Notes under the pieces: model-generated
Told to the model about the DNA's origin: nothing
Databases searched by the model: none
What the model saw: the letters and a program-made list of their open reading frames with translations, nothing else
Program-made: the position numbers and the translations under genes
Assembly (NCBI GenBank): GCA_041749355.1
Contig: JBGTBK010000224.1
Span: 1 to 59,403 of the forward strand
Direction: 5' to 3'
DNA: 59,403 nt
Origin: Sandaracinobacter sp.
GTDB lineage: Bacteria > Pseudomonadota > Alphaproteobacteria > Sphingomonadales > Sphingomonadaceae
Shown here: positions 42,717-52,745 of the stretch, piece after piece
Layout: the number at the start of each line of letters is the position of its first letter
How positions within the stretch are numbered: position 1 is the first letter of the stretch

Positions 42717-44741
42717 CTACAGGGCGCGAAAACGGACGGCCATCCCGCCACCGGGTGCCAGAGTCACGGCCAGCCTGTCGGTGGACATGACGACCCGCCT
42801 GCTGATGGCAATGTTTGCGCGGGCCTGGGTTCGGAAGTCCGCGCCCGGGCCATCGGCGTAGATCTGCGCTTCGTAGCGGCGGCCGGGGGTGAGGAAACCC
42901 AGGGGCAGATCGGTGGAGCGTGCGGTCTCGTCGGTGCCGGCGCCCAGATACCAGTCCTCGGAGTTGCGGTCCTTGCGGACGATGACGGCATGTTCGCCGA
43001 TGGCGCCTGCCAGCACGCGGCTGTCGGCCCAGTCTGCCGGCACGTCTTTTATGAATCGAAAGGCGTCCGGGTGTTTTGCGTAATTCTCGGGCAGGTCTGC
43101 GGCCATCTGGATGGGCGAGTAGATCAGCACATACAGCGCGAGCTGGCGGGCCATGGTGCTGGCGATCGGCTCCCCGCCCTTGCCGGTGAGGCTGAGGATG
43201 CCCGGCGTATAGTCCATCGGACCGGCGAGCATGCGGGTGAAGATGAGGTCGAGCTCATGGGAGGGCGGGTTCCTTGGGTCGCCCCAGGCATTGTACTCCA
43301 TGCCGCGGGCGCCTTCGCGGGCGACCCAGTTGGGCCAGGTGCGCCGGAGGCCTGTGTCCTTGATGGGTTCGTGCGGGTTCACCGCGATGCGGCGCTTCGC
43401 GGCCTCTTCGACAACCTTCAGATGGTGGCGGCTCATCACCTGGCCGTCGTGCCACTGGAAGCTGCCGTCGGGGGCCTGGATTCCGCCGGCGTCGGCGACA
43501 TAGCCGGTCTTCACGCTGTCGACGCCGAGACGCTGGTAGAGATCGAGCGCCTGGGAAAGCTGGGACTCGTAAACCTTGATGTTCCCGCCGGTCTCGTGGT
43601 GGCCCATCAGCGCCACGCCCTTCCCTTTTGCGTAGCGGGACAGGCCTTCGAGATCGAAATAGGGGGTCGGCTTCGTGAAATCGAAATCATGGCCGGTGCC
43701 GAACCAGTCGCCGTCCCAGCCCGGGTTCCAGCCTTCGACGAGCACGCTCCTGAAGCCGTTGGCGACCGCGAAATCGATGTAGTGCCGCGTGTTGGCGGTG
43801 GTCGCCCCGAGCTTGGGGCCGGTGGCCCAGCTGGAGGTGCCGAGATGCATTTCCCACCAGACGCCGACATATTTGTGGGGTTTGAACCACTTGCCGATGT
43901 CGGGGATGCGGCTCGGCTCGTTGAGGTTCAGGATGATATCGGAGGCGTGATATAGAGCCGGCGCATCTGCCCCCACCAGCAGCACGCGCCAGGGCGTTGC
44001 GAACGGCAGGTTGCGCACCACGCTGGGCCCCGTGCCCGACGGCGACAGGCGGGCCTTGAAGCGTTGGCCCTCCACCCGCCGCAGCCACATGCCGGCATAG
44101 TCGACAAGGGCCGCTTCGTGGATCGCGAGGTGCAGGCCGCTTTCGGTGCGGAAGGTGATGGGCGTGTGGGCCTGCGCGACTTCAGCGATTGGCGTGCGGT
44201 TGTGGATATACTCGTAGCGGTTCCATTCCCCGCCGGGGATCCACCAGGCGGTGCCGACCTCTGCCACATCGAACTCGGTCAGTTCCTCGACGATGCGGGC
44301 GGTCTTCAGGTTCGGCTGCTCGGGAAACTCGATGCGAAAGCCGAGGCCGTCGTCGAACAGGCGAACGCGCAGGCGCAGCACCCGCTTCAGCGGGGTCTTT
44401 TCCCGGAAGGTGACGGTCAACTCGTTGTGCCGGTCGGTCACGAAGCGCCGTTCGCCCCAGGGCTGCTCCCAACGGGTATCGGCGCTGCGCCGTTCAACTG
44501 ACGCGATCTCCAGATTGCGCTCGAGTTTTGGGGCATCTGCGAGGATGAAGCCAAGCCTGGACTTGCCGATGACGGCCACGCCATTTCGGCTGAGCGACCA
44601 GTCCGGGCGGCCGTCGGGGTTGAGTTCGACGCTGAGGCGAAGTGCGCCGGAAGGCGAGCTGACCGTTTCGGGCGCCGCCGAGACCGCCTTGGCTGCCGTG
44701 AGCGCCACCAGGCCGGCCAGCAGGAGCAGGAGATTCCGCAT
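42717..44741 (-). CDS. Glycoside hydrolase family 97 (alpha-glucosidase/glucoamylase, SusB-like), secreted
   Basis: Signal peptide; YVGVWWEMH, LVEGWN, HHET, VKTGYV, REGARGME and FTRMLAGPMDYTPG motifs. Confidence 0.92.
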   Translation of the reverse strand: MRNLLLLLAGLVALTAAKAVSAAPETVSSPSGALRLSVELNPDGRPDWSLSRNGVAVIGKSRLGFILADAPKLERNLEIASVERRSADTRWEQPWGERRFVTDRHNELTVTFREKTPLKRVLRLRVRLFDDGLGFRIEFPEQPNLKTARIVEELTEFDVAEVGTAWWIPGGEWNRYEYIHNRTPIAEVAQAHTPITFRTESGLHLAIHEAALVDYAGMWLRRVEGQRFKARLSPSGTGPSVVRNLPFATPWRVLLVGADAPALYHASDIILNLNEPSRIPDIGKWFKPHKYVGVWWEMHLGTSSWATGPKLGATTANTRHYIDFAVANGFRSVLVEGWNPGWDGDWFGTGHDFDFTKPTPYFDLEGLSRYAKGKGVALMGHHETGGNIKVYESQLSQALDLYQRLGVDSVKTGYVADAGGIQAPDGSFQWHDGQVMSRHHLKVVEEAAKRRIAVNPHEPIKDTGLRRTWPNWVAREGARGMEYNAWGDPRNPPSHELDLIFTRMLAGPMDYTPGILSLTGKGGEPIASTMARQLALYVLIYSPIQMAADLPENYAKHPDAFRFIKDVPADWADSRVLAGAIGEHAVIVRKDRNSEDWYLGAGTDETARSTDLPLGFLTPGRRYEAQIYADGPGADFRTQARANIAISRRVVMSTDRLAVTLAPGGGMAVRFRAL

Positions 44742-44746
44742 GCCCG

Positions 44747-46354
44747 TCAGCCCTCCACCGCAAGGCCGCCGAACGGCGGCAGCAGGTTCGGTTCGGCGCC
44801 GTTCACGGCAACCACCACCCGGCCTTCAAGGTCGATCGGCCGGGGCGTCGTGCCGAAGTTGAAGGCGAGCCTGATCCGCCGGTTGTCGATCCAGCGTTCG
44901 AAGCGCAGCAGATCGCCATCGGCCTCGATCCGCTCCATTCGGCCGAACTGAAGGGCAGGCTCGGCCTTGCGAAGCGCAACCAGCTGGCGGGTGAGGTTCA
45001 GCAGCGAGTCCGGGTCGGCCTCCTGCCGGTCGACGGCAAGCGCTGCATGTTCGGTCCCCACCCTGAGCCAGGGCCGCGCGGCAGAAAAGCCGAGGTTCGG
45101 TCTGTCGGCTTCCCACGCCATCGGGGTCCGTGCCCCATCGCGCGACAGGGTCAGCGGCCAGTTGGAGATCGCTTCCGGATCCTGCAGCTCGTCGAAGGGG
45201 ATTTCCACCTGGGTCAGGCCAAGCTCCTCGCCATAGTAGAGGAACGGGTTCCCTCGCAGACTCATCAGCATCAGCATCGTCATGCGCGCAAAGGCGAGCC
45301 GGTTGTCGGGGCTTGCCCAGCGCGACAGGCCGCGCGGGCTGTCGTGGTTGGTCAGTGCCCAGCTCGGCCAGCCAAGGCCGGGCTGGTCCGGCCAGTCGGC
45401 AAGGGCTGCTGCCACCACCTTCGGGGTTAGCCGCTCGGCATAGAGAAAGGCAAAGCTGTAAGCGGAGTTCAGGTGCCGGTCGTCGGCGGTGAAGGCGCGC
45501 ATCTCGGGGATTGGATCCGGGCCGCCCACTTCGGCGACCGTGAAGGTCACACCATAGCCATCCAGAAGCTGCCGCAGCCGCACAAGGAAACCCGGAATGT
45601 TCGGGTGGGACTGGTTGTAGCACTTCAGCTGATAGTCGAACGGGCGGGTGCGCGGCCCCGGGGGTGCTGGCGGATTGTCGGTCAACGCCGGGTCGTGCAT
45701 CGCGAAGTTGATGGCATCCACCCGGAAGCCGTCGACACCCCGGTCCAGCCAGAATTTGGCCGACTGCAGCAGCGCTTCCTGAACCGCGGCGTTGTGCAGG
45801 TTCAACTGGGGCTGGCTGCACAGGAAATTGTGCATGTAATATTGTCGGCGCCGCGCATCCCAGGTCCAGGCAGGGCCGCCGAAGACCGACTGCCAGTTGG
45901 ACGGTGGGGTGCCATCGGCCTTTGGGTCGGCCCAGACATACCAGTCGGATTTGCTGCCGGTGCGTGCCTCGCGGCTCTGCCGGAACCAGTCATGCTGGTC
46001 GGAGGTGTGGGCATAGACCTGGTCGATGATGACCTTCAGCCCCAACACATGGGCGCGGGCGATAAGCGCATCGAAGTCCGCGAGTGTTCCAAAGCTTGGA
46101 TCGACATTGCAATAATCCGCAATGTCATAGCCGAAGTCCTTCATAGGTGACGTGAAGAAGGGGGACAGCCAGATTGCGTCGACACCGAGGCTTGCCACAT
46201 GATCGAGCCGGCTGGTGATCCCCGGCAGGTCGCCGATGCCGTCGCCGTTGGAATCCTGAAAGCTGCGCGGATAGATCTGGTAGACGACAGCGCCCTTCCA
46301 CCAGGGTGTCGCAGCCGTTGCTGCCGTCGCGTCCCGCTCCATCACGCTGCTCAT
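44747..46354 (-). CDS. GH13 alpha-glucosidase (cytoplasmic)
   Basis: WWKGAVVYQIYPRSF, GVDGFRVDA, VAEV and NHD catalytic regions. ATGA overlap with the upstream gene. Confidence 0.9.
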   Translation of the reverse strand: MSSVMERDATAATAATPWWKGAVVYQIYPRSFQDSNGDGIGDLPGITSRLDHVASLGVDAIWLSPFFTSPMKDFGYDIADYCNVDPSFGTLADFDALIARAHVLGLKVIIDQVYAHTSDQHDWFRQSREARTGSKSDWYVWADPKADGTPPSNWQSVFGGPAWTWDARRRQYYMHNFLCSQPQLNLHNAAVQEALLQSAKFWLDRGVDGFRVDAINFAMHDPALTDNPPAPPGPRTRPFDYQLKCYNQSHPNIPGFLVRLRQLLDGYGVTFTVAEVGGPDPIPEMRAFTADDRHLNSAYSFAFLYAERLTPKVVAAALADWPDQPGLGWPSWALTNHDSPRGLSRWASPDNRLAFARMTMLMLMSLRGNPFLYYGEELGLTQVEIPFDELQDPEAISNWPLTLSRDGARTPMAWEADRPNLGFSAARPWLRVGTEHAALAVDRQEADPDSLLNLTRQLVALRKAEPALQFGRMERIEADGDLLRFERWIDNRRIRLAFNFGTTPRPIDLEGRVVVAVNGAEPNLLPPFGGLAVEG

Positions 46355-48240
46355 CGAACTGCCACCGCCCCTGCACAGACTAGCGTTCCGAACGCTGGCA
46401 TTTCGACCGTCAGCGTGCCCGGCGCTGCGGGTTGCGGGCAATTGCCCAGAAGCGATTTCGTCACATCGATCCGGGGATCGACCATCACATTGGCCTTCAA
46501 CGGCTGGGCTGACGTGTTGAAGATCACGATGGTGTCGAGGAAGGGGGCGCGATTGCCTTCCGGTAGCCGGCGGGCAACCGCGAACAGGCCGGGCGCCTCG
46601 GTTGCAGCCTCGAGCACCCGCTGCTCACCGCGCTGAAGCGCAGGGTCCGACTGACGGACCTTCGCCAAGGCGGCGATATGGGCGTAGATCGGGTGACGCG
46701 TGTCGAAGTTGGCCTGCGCTGTGGTTGCCGTCGTGCCCAGCAGCATGTTGTCGTTGTAGACTTCGACCTGCGACGGGAAGAGCGGCTCGCGCGCATCCTG
46801 GTCATTGCCGTCGCCGACAAAGCCCTGCTCGTCACCCGAATAGATGGTCGGCACACCTCGCAGGAACATCAGCATGCTGTGCCCCAGTTTCACCCGCGCC
46901 AGCTGTTCGGCTTCGTCTGCATCCGGGTTGGCCTTGCGGACGAAGGTGGAAAAGCGGCCCATGTCGTGGTTGCCGAGGAAGGTCGGCAGCTGCTGCGGCG
47001 CGCCGGGGCCGCCTGCGTAGAGCGGGTCCTTGAAAAAGGTCTGCGCCAGGACGAGCGGTGGCTTGTTTTCGGCCACCACCTGCGTGACGGCCGACTGGAA
47101 GGCAAAGTCGAGCACTGCGGGGTAGCTGTCCACCCGGGTGAAGCGGGCGAGATTGCCGGCGTCGGGGTCAAAGACTTCGCCGAAGATGTGGAAATTGGGG
47201 ATGCCCCTGGCCTTGGCGCGGGCCAGCATGGCCGGCACGAAGGCCTGCCAGAACTCCGGGTTCACATGGCGGGCGGTGTCGATGCGGAAGCCGTCGATCC
47301 CGTATCTGTCGATCCAGCCGCCGAAGATGTCGATCATGCCTTCGACCACGCGCGGGTGGGCGGTGTTGAGATCGTCGAGGCCGGAGAAGTCGCCCCAGAC
47401 GGCGCTTTCGCCCTTCCAGAAGCTGTCGCCCCGGTTGGAGTAGTAGATTGGGTCGTTGAGCCAGGCGGGGGTCTTCACGCCCTCTTCGCCCTTGGGCACA
47501 TAAGGGGTGTAGGCCCAGCGCGGATCGGTCAGCCGGGCGAAATTCTCGGCCGTCTGCTCTGCCTTGCCGTCGCCTGCGAAGCTGGCGTTGATCGGCGCGC
47601 CCTGCGGCCCTCCCCTGCGGCTCCAGGGATAGTCGCCCCGGCTGCGATAGGCGCAGTCGTTCTCAGGGCATTCCCGGTACTTGATCACGTCGGCCGTGTG
47701 GTTGGTGATGATGTCGAGATAGACCTTCATGCCGCGCCCATGAGCTGCCGCAATCAGGGCCTTCAGATCGGCTTCGGTTCCCAGATGCGGATCGACCGCC
47801 GTGAAGTCGGTGATCCAGTAGCCATGATAGCCCGAGGATTCCTTGCCCGGCTGCCCCTGCACGGGCTTGTTCCTGTAGATTGGACCGAGCCAGATGGCGG
47901 TGGCGCCAAGGCCCTGGATATAGTCCAGCCGCGCAGTCAGGCCCTTCAGGTCCCCGCCGAGGTAGAAGCCCTTGTGGGTCGGATCGAAGCCGTGGTCGAG
48001 ACGACCGCCTTTCAGGCCGCCCCGGTCGTTCTTCGGATCGCCATTCTCGAAGCGGTCAGGCAAGACGAAGTAGATCACTTCCTCTTCCGGCCCGCGGGCG
48101 CGGACGGCTTCGGGGCCGGCGGCAGCAGCAGCTGCGATGGCCTGCGCTGGCGCTGCGATGGGAAATGCCGCAACGCCGGCCATCAACGACAGGAACAGCG
48201 CGCCCAGATGCCGCCCCTTTCGAGCAACGTCCCGTCTCAT
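46351..48240 (-). CDS. GH13 alpha-amylase/neopullulanase-like enzyme, secreted
   Basis: Signal peptide; YFVLPDRF, GYHGYW, DIITNH, DGFRIDT, FGEV and NHD motifs. Confidence 0.9.
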   Translation of the reverse strand: MRRDVARKGRHLGALFLSLMAGVAAFPIAAPAQAIAAAAAAGPEAVRARGPEEEVIYFVLPDRFENGDPKNDRGGLKGGRLDHGFDPTHKGFYLGGDLKGLTARLDYIQGLGATAIWLGPIYRNKPVQGQPGKESSGYHGYWITDFTAVDPHLGTEADLKALIAAAHGRGMKVYLDIITNHTADVIKYRECPENDCAYRSRGDYPWSRRGGPQGAPINASFAGDGKAEQTAENFARLTDPRWAYTPYVPKGEEGVKTPAWLNDPIYYSNRGDSFWKGESAVWGDFSGLDDLNTAHPRVVEGMIDIFGGWIDRYGIDGFRIDTARHVNPEFWQAFVPAMLARAKARGIPNFHIFGEVFDPDAGNLARFTRVDSYPAVLDFAFQSAVTQVVAENKPPLVLAQTFFKDPLYAGGPGAPQQLPTFLGNHDMGRFSTFVRKANPDADEAEQLARVKLGHSMLMFLRGVPTIYSGDEQGFVGDGNDQDAREPLFPSQVEVYNDNMLLGTTATTAQANFDTRHPIYAHIAALAKVRQSDPALQRGEQRVLEAATEAPGLFAVARRLPEGNRAPFLDTIVIFNTSAQPLKANVMVDPRIDVTKSLLGNCPQPAAPGTLTVEMPAFGTLVCAGAVAVR

Positions 48241-49781
48241 GCGCGCATCTCCTTGAATTCGGTTCGCTGCGCTGCGCAGTGGCGCGCGAGGAAGGCGTCG
48301 TGCAGCGGCATTGCGGCTGCCCGCTCGCGGCAGATGCGCGCCTGCAGCGCAAGGAACTCGCCAAGCTCTGCCGGCGAGAGCTGTTCGGCCAGCGGATGCC
48401 AGCCTTCGGGCTCGATCCCCTGCCCCAGCAGCACCTGCACCCAGCCCACTTCGGTGAACAGTTCGGTGCCGTCGCGGAAGATGCGGCCAGCCTCGCGGAA
48501 CAGTTCGATCCGGGCTGCAAGGCTGTCGGGGATCGGCATGGCAGCACAGTGGCGCCAGAAGGCCGTGTCGTCGCGCGCGGTCGCCTTGTAGTGCAGCACG
48601 ATGAAGTCGCGGATGCGCTCCATCTCGAAGGCGGCCTGCCGGTTGTAGTCGGCGATTGCCCGCGGGTCTGGCCGGTCGGCGGGAAGGAATGCAAGGATCC
48701 GCTCGATCGCAGATTGCACCATGTGGATGGAGGTCGACTCCAGCGGCTCGAGGAAGCCGCTGGCAAGGCCGACGGACACGCAGTTGCGGTGCCAGGCCTG
48801 GGCTCGGCGCCCGGTGGTGAAGGTGAGCCTGCGCGGTTCGGCAAGTGCCTGGCCGTCGAGACTGGTGAGCAGCTGGAAGGCGGCTTCGTCGTCGGAGAGG
48901 TGCTCAGAGCAATAGACCAAGCCGTTGCCGGTGCGATGCTGCAGCGGGATGCGCCACTGCCAGCCAGCGGCCCGCGCAGTGGAGCGGGTGTAGGGCGTGA
49001 CCGGCTCGGTGCGTTCGGATGGAACGGCAAGTGCCCTGTCTGCGGGCAGCCAGTTCGACCAATCCTCGTAGCCGATGCCGAGCGCTTCGCCGATCAGAAG
49101 GCCGCGGAAGCCAGAGCAATCGATGAAGAGGTCGCCTTCGATGCGGCGGGCGCCTTCGACTTGAACGGCCGCGATGTCGCCATCCGCGGCGAGATCGACC
49201 CGCTCGATGCGGCCCTCGTGGCGGACGACGCCTCGAGCTTCGGCATAAGTCCTGAGGTGGGCCGCGTAGAGGCCGGCGTCGAAATGATAGGCGTAGGGGA
49301 TGGGCTGGCGGGTGACACTGGCCGGGCCGCTGTCGCGTTCGAAGCGGTTGGAAAGGGCTGCAACCACATTGGGGCAATAGCTGCCGAGGTCTTGGGCGAG
49401 GCCGAGTGCGCGGGCGCGGCGCCAATAATGGTGGAACTGCACAAGGCCGAGGTCGCGGCCGACAGCGCCGAAGCCGTGCATGTAGCTGTGGCCCAGGCGC
49501 GCCCAGTCGACGAACTGGATGCCGAGCTTGATCGTGCCCTGGGTGGCCGCAAGGAACTGGTTTTCGTCCAGGCCGAGTGCGCCGTTGAACAGGCGGATCT
49601 GCGGGATGGTTGCTTCGCCGACGCCGACGGTGCCGATCGCGTCGGATTCGACGAGGTCGATCTGCCAGCCGGTTTCGAGGAAGCGCGCGAAGGCTGCAGC
49701 CACCATCCAGCCCGATGTGCCGCCGCCGACGATGACGATCCTGCGCGGGCGGGCGGATAGTCCGTCACGCGGGGCCGTCAT
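48237..49781 (-). CDS. Tryptophan halogenase family flavin-dependent halogenase
   Basis: GGGTSG, GVGEAT, TIKLGIQF (catalytic Lys), GWQWRIPL and FLEPLEST motifs. Confidence 0.9.
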   Translation of the reverse strand: MTAPRDGLSARPRRIVIVGGGTSGWMVAAAFARFLETGWQIDLVESDAIGTVGVGEATIPQIRLFNGALGLDENQFLAATQGTIKLGIQFVDWARLGHSYMHGFGAVGRDLGLVQFHHYWRRARALGLAQDLGSYCPNVVAALSNRFERDSGPASVTRQPIPYAYHFDAGLYAAHLRTYAEARGVVRHEGRIERVDLAADGDIAAVQVEGARRIEGDLFIDCSGFRGLLIGEALGIGYEDWSNWLPADRALAVPSERTEPVTPYTRSTARAAGWQWRIPLQHRTGNGLVYCSEHLSDDEAAFQLLTSLDGQALAEPRRLTFTTGRRAQAWHRNCVSVGLASGFLEPLESTSIHMVQSAIERILAFLPADRPDPRAIADYNRQAAFEMERIRDFIVLHYKATARDDTAFWRHCAAMPIPDSLAARIELFREAGRIFRDGTELFTEVGWVQVLLGQGIEPEGWHPLAEQLSPAELGEFLALQARICRERAAAMPLHDAFLARHCAAQRTEFKEMRA

Positions 49782-49807
49782 GCATCGTCTCCCATCTGTT
49801 GACTGCG

Positions 49808-49832
49808 GGGCGACCGGGGTTGCCGGCCGCCC
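49808..49832 (-). other. GC hairpin just after the TonB receptor stop (possible mRNA stabiliser or attenuator)
   Basis: Minus strand GGGCGGCCGG-CAACC-CCGGTCGCCC, 10-bp stem with one G-U pair, no U-tract. Confidence 0.45.
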
Positions 49833-49839
49833 ACGCCGA

Positions 49840-52584
49840 TCAGAAGCGGTAGTTCACACCGAACAGGAAGCGCCGTCCATAGCTCTCGCTGTCGCGAACC
49901 AGGCGCTGGTCGGGGATGAAGTAGGTGCTGAACGGCTCGTTGGTCAGGTTGTAGGCCTGGGCGAGCAGGGTCACACCCTCCAGCGCAGTGCCTTCCTGGA
50001 ATTCGTAGCCGATCTGGGCGTCGACGATGGTTTCACCGTTCGCGAAGCGCCGCTCGAGGCCGCCGCCGAAGCCGCGCCGGTCTGCGAGGAAGCTGGAGCG
50101 GTGGCGGACGGAGCCGCGGACCTGGAAGCCGCTGCGCTCGAAATAGGCGGTTGCGTTCCAGACGTGGCGTGACAGGCCCGGAAGCGGTTCCGTCGGGTCA
50201 CCCGGGTTGGGCTCGATCTCGCTTTCGGTGAAGCTGTAGCTGCCCTGCAGGCCGAAGCCGTCGAGCGATTGCGAGAAGACGTTGAACGGCAGGGTGCCGG
50301 CGAGTTCGAAGCCGTAGAGCTTGCCGCCTTCGCCGTTGTTCCAGATGCTGACGAAGCCTTCGCGAATTGCCGGCTCGACCGTCCCGCGGATCGGGAAGCC
50401 GGTGAAGTCCTGGAGCACCTGCTGTTCGTAGATGTAGCTCTTCAGGTTCTTGTAGTAGCCGGCGACCGAGACATAGGCCTCTGGGCCGAAGTACTTTTCG
50501 AGGCTGATGTCGACGCCATCAGCAATCCAGGGCCGGAGCTTGGGGTTGCCGCCGCTGCCTGACCAGGGCGAGCAGCCCAGGTTCACATCGGGGCAGGCCA
50601 CCTGCGCTTCGTTGAAGTTGTAGTTGATGCTGGCGCGCATGTCGTTCATCTTCGCGCGGGCCAGTTGGCGACCAAGGCCCAGGCGCGCCACGAAGTCGTT
50701 CTCGCCGCGCAGCACCAGGTTCAGGGTGGGGAGCGCATAGAGGTAGCTGGCGCCGTCGCTGATCGGCGCATTGATCACGCCGGTCCCGGTGCCCGACGAG
50801 GCAATGCCGTCGGAGCGCTGGTCGGTGTTGACCAGCTGGACGCCGACGTTGCCGGTCAGGCGGTTGCCGCCAAGCTGGGTGTCGATGTTCAGCTGCAGAT
50901 AGCCGGTCAGCACGTCTTCCCGCACGCGCCAGCCCTTGGTGCTGACATCGGCGTTGGGGTTGCGGACCTGGTTGTAGATGCCGCTGTCGAGAAGGCCCTG
51001 CACATCATAGGCGATGGTTTCGCCAAGGCCGAGGAAGCCGAGGTTCGCACCACGATCATACAGGAACTCGCCCGGGATCGGCACCGAGGTGGTACCGTCG
51101 GTGTTTGCGCGCAGGCCGAGGAAGAATTCGTTCGGGGTCAGGCGCTTCACGCGACCGGTGTAGTTGAAGCCGACTTCGGCCGAGCGGAAGATGCCGCCGA
51201 GGTCGCGCTCCACACCGAAGCGCAGGGCAAGCAGTTCATCCTTGATCGCGCGCTCGTTGTAGTAGCCGTCCTGGCCGCCAGGAATGATGTCGCCACCCCA
51301 GCCCTGCGGGCTGGTGAGCTGGATCAGGTTCGGGTCGGCATAGTTCAGCGACGGGGAGAATTTGGCGCCGCGGCCGTTCATCTCGAAGCCCAGCGTGTCG
51401 GTGGCGCCAAGCGGACCACGGCCAGTGCCGGAATAGGTTTCGACGTCGAGGTCGGTGCGGTCGACTGCCGAATAGCTGACATCGATGTTCGCGCGCAGGA
51501 TGTCGTTTCCGGCCTGGATGTTCCAGCCAGCGGAGAAAAGGTCTGCGTCGCGGTTGACGATGTCGTTGCGGACCACGCCCTTCACGTTCGTGTACTGGCC
51601 GGCGGTCACGAAGCCGTCCTCGACGGTCGGGTTCGGCTGCAGCTGGGCTGCCGACCAGAAGAGCGGGAGTTCGACACCGCGGCGGATCTTGTGGTCTTCG
51701 AAGCGCGAATAGAAGAGGTCGACCGAGGTCGAGAAATTCTCGCTCGGCGCCCATTCCAGCGTGCCGTTGATCGACTTGCGCTCGAGCGTGCCGGACGAGG
51801 CATAGGGCTTGGAGCCGCCGATCACGGCTGCGCCGTTCGGCCCGCCGGTCGGGTAACCCCAGGCTTCGAAGCGCTCGATCGGGATTTCCTGCTTCAGCAC
51901 GCTGGCCGAGACAGAGATGCCGATGGTGTCGTCGGCGAACTGGTCGATGTAGGTGCCCGAGAAGCGGTAGCCCCAATTGCCGGCATCCGGGTTCAGCTGC
52001 GGCGCGTCGATATAGTCGGCCCGGGCGCTGAGCGCGATGGTCCGCTTGCCATGCGCGAGCGGCTTCACCGTGCGCATGTCGACGGTGCCCGAAAGGCCGG
52101 CGCCGATGAGGTTGGCGGACGGTGTCTTGTAGACATTCACCTGGCCGATCATTTCGGCCGGGAACTGGTCATAGTCGACACCGCGGTTGTCGCCAGTTGT
52201 GACCTGTTCGCGACCATTGAGCAGCGTGGTCGAAAAGTCGGGCGCAAGGCCACGGATCGAGAGGTTCTGGGCGCGGCCGCCTTCGCGCTGGGTTGCAAGA
52301 CCCGGCAGGCGGGAGAGCGATTCCGCGATCGAGGTGTCGGGCAGCTTGCCGATGTCGACCGCCGAGATGCTTTCGACGATGAGGTCGGAGTTCTTCTTTT
52401 CGGCAATTGCGTTGGCGAGGCTGGCGCGGAAGCCGGTCACGACGATTTCCTCGTCGGCGGCTGCGGGAGCGGCCTGTGCGAACACGGCCTGTGCTGCAAA
52501 GATAGCAATAGCGCTGGCCGAGGCCTTCAGCAGCAGATGGCCGGAAGCAAGGGCCGACTGGCGGCCCGCAGACGTCGCGTGCAT
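49840..52584 (-). CDS. TonB-dependent receptor, probable maltodextrin transporter (MalA-like)
   Basis: Signal peptide, TonB box EEIVVTG, plug motifs (IRGL, LLNGREQ, VYKTP), C-terminal Phe. Substrate inferred from GH13/GH97 neighbours. Confidence 0.9.
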   Translation of the reverse strand: MHATSAGRQSALASGHLLLKASASAIAIFAAQAVFAQAAPAAADEEIVVTGFRASLANAIAEKKNSDLIVESISAVDIGKLPDTSIAESLSRLPGLATQREGGRAQNLSIRGLAPDFSTTLLNGREQVTTGDNRGVDYDQFPAEMIGQVNVYKTPSANLIGAGLSGTVDMRTVKPLAHGKRTIALSARADYIDAPQLNPDAGNWGYRFSGTYIDQFADDTIGISVSASVLKQEIPIERFEAWGYPTGGPNGAAVIGGSKPYASSGTLERKSINGTLEWAPSENFSTSVDLFYSRFEDHKIRRGVELPLFWSAAQLQPNPTVEDGFVTAGQYTNVKGVVRNDIVNRDADLFSAGWNIQAGNDILRANIDVSYSAVDRTDLDVETYSGTGRGPLGATDTLGFEMNGRGAKFSPSLNYADPNLIQLTSPQGWGGDIIPGGQDGYYNERAIKDELLALRFGVERDLGGIFRSAEVGFNYTGRVKRLTPNEFFLGLRANTDGTTSVPIPGEFLYDRGANLGFLGLGETIAYDVQGLLDSGIYNQVRNPNADVSTKGWRVREDVLTGYLQLNIDTQLGGNRLTGNVGVQLVNTDQRSDGIASSGTGTGVINAPISDGASYLYALPTLNLVLRGENDFVARLGLGRQLARAKMNDMRASINYNFNEAQVACPDVNLGCSPWSGSGGNPKLRPWIADGVDISLEKYFGPEAYVSVAGYYKNLKSYIYEQQVLQDFTGFPIRGTVEPAIREGFVSIWNNGEGGKLYGFELAGTLPFNVFSQSLDGFGLQGSYSFTESEIEPNPGDPTEPLPGLSRHVWNATAYFERSGFQVRGSVRHRSSFLADRRGFGGGLERRFANGETIVDAQIGYEFQEGTALEGVTLLAQAYNLTNEPFSTYFIPDQRLVRDSESYGRRFLFGVNYRF

Positions 52585-52712
52585 GTGATACTCCCCAATC
52601 CCTGCCGGTGGCTGCGCTTTTCGCCCGAACTTCGGGTGCGCCCCATCCGCACATGTTTTATTGCTGATGCGTTACTATCTTCCGCCGACACGCATTCTGG
52701 TTCAAGGAAGCC

Positions 52713-52724
52713 ACATACGTATGC
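52713..52724. promoter_or_regulatory. LacI operator between the TonB receptor and LacI gene (ACATACGTATGC)
   Basis: Perfect 10-bp core CATACGTATG in the divergent promoter region, about 20 bp upstream of the LacI start. Confidence 0.75.
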
Positions 52725-52745
52725 GCAAATGCATCGGGAGACGCC

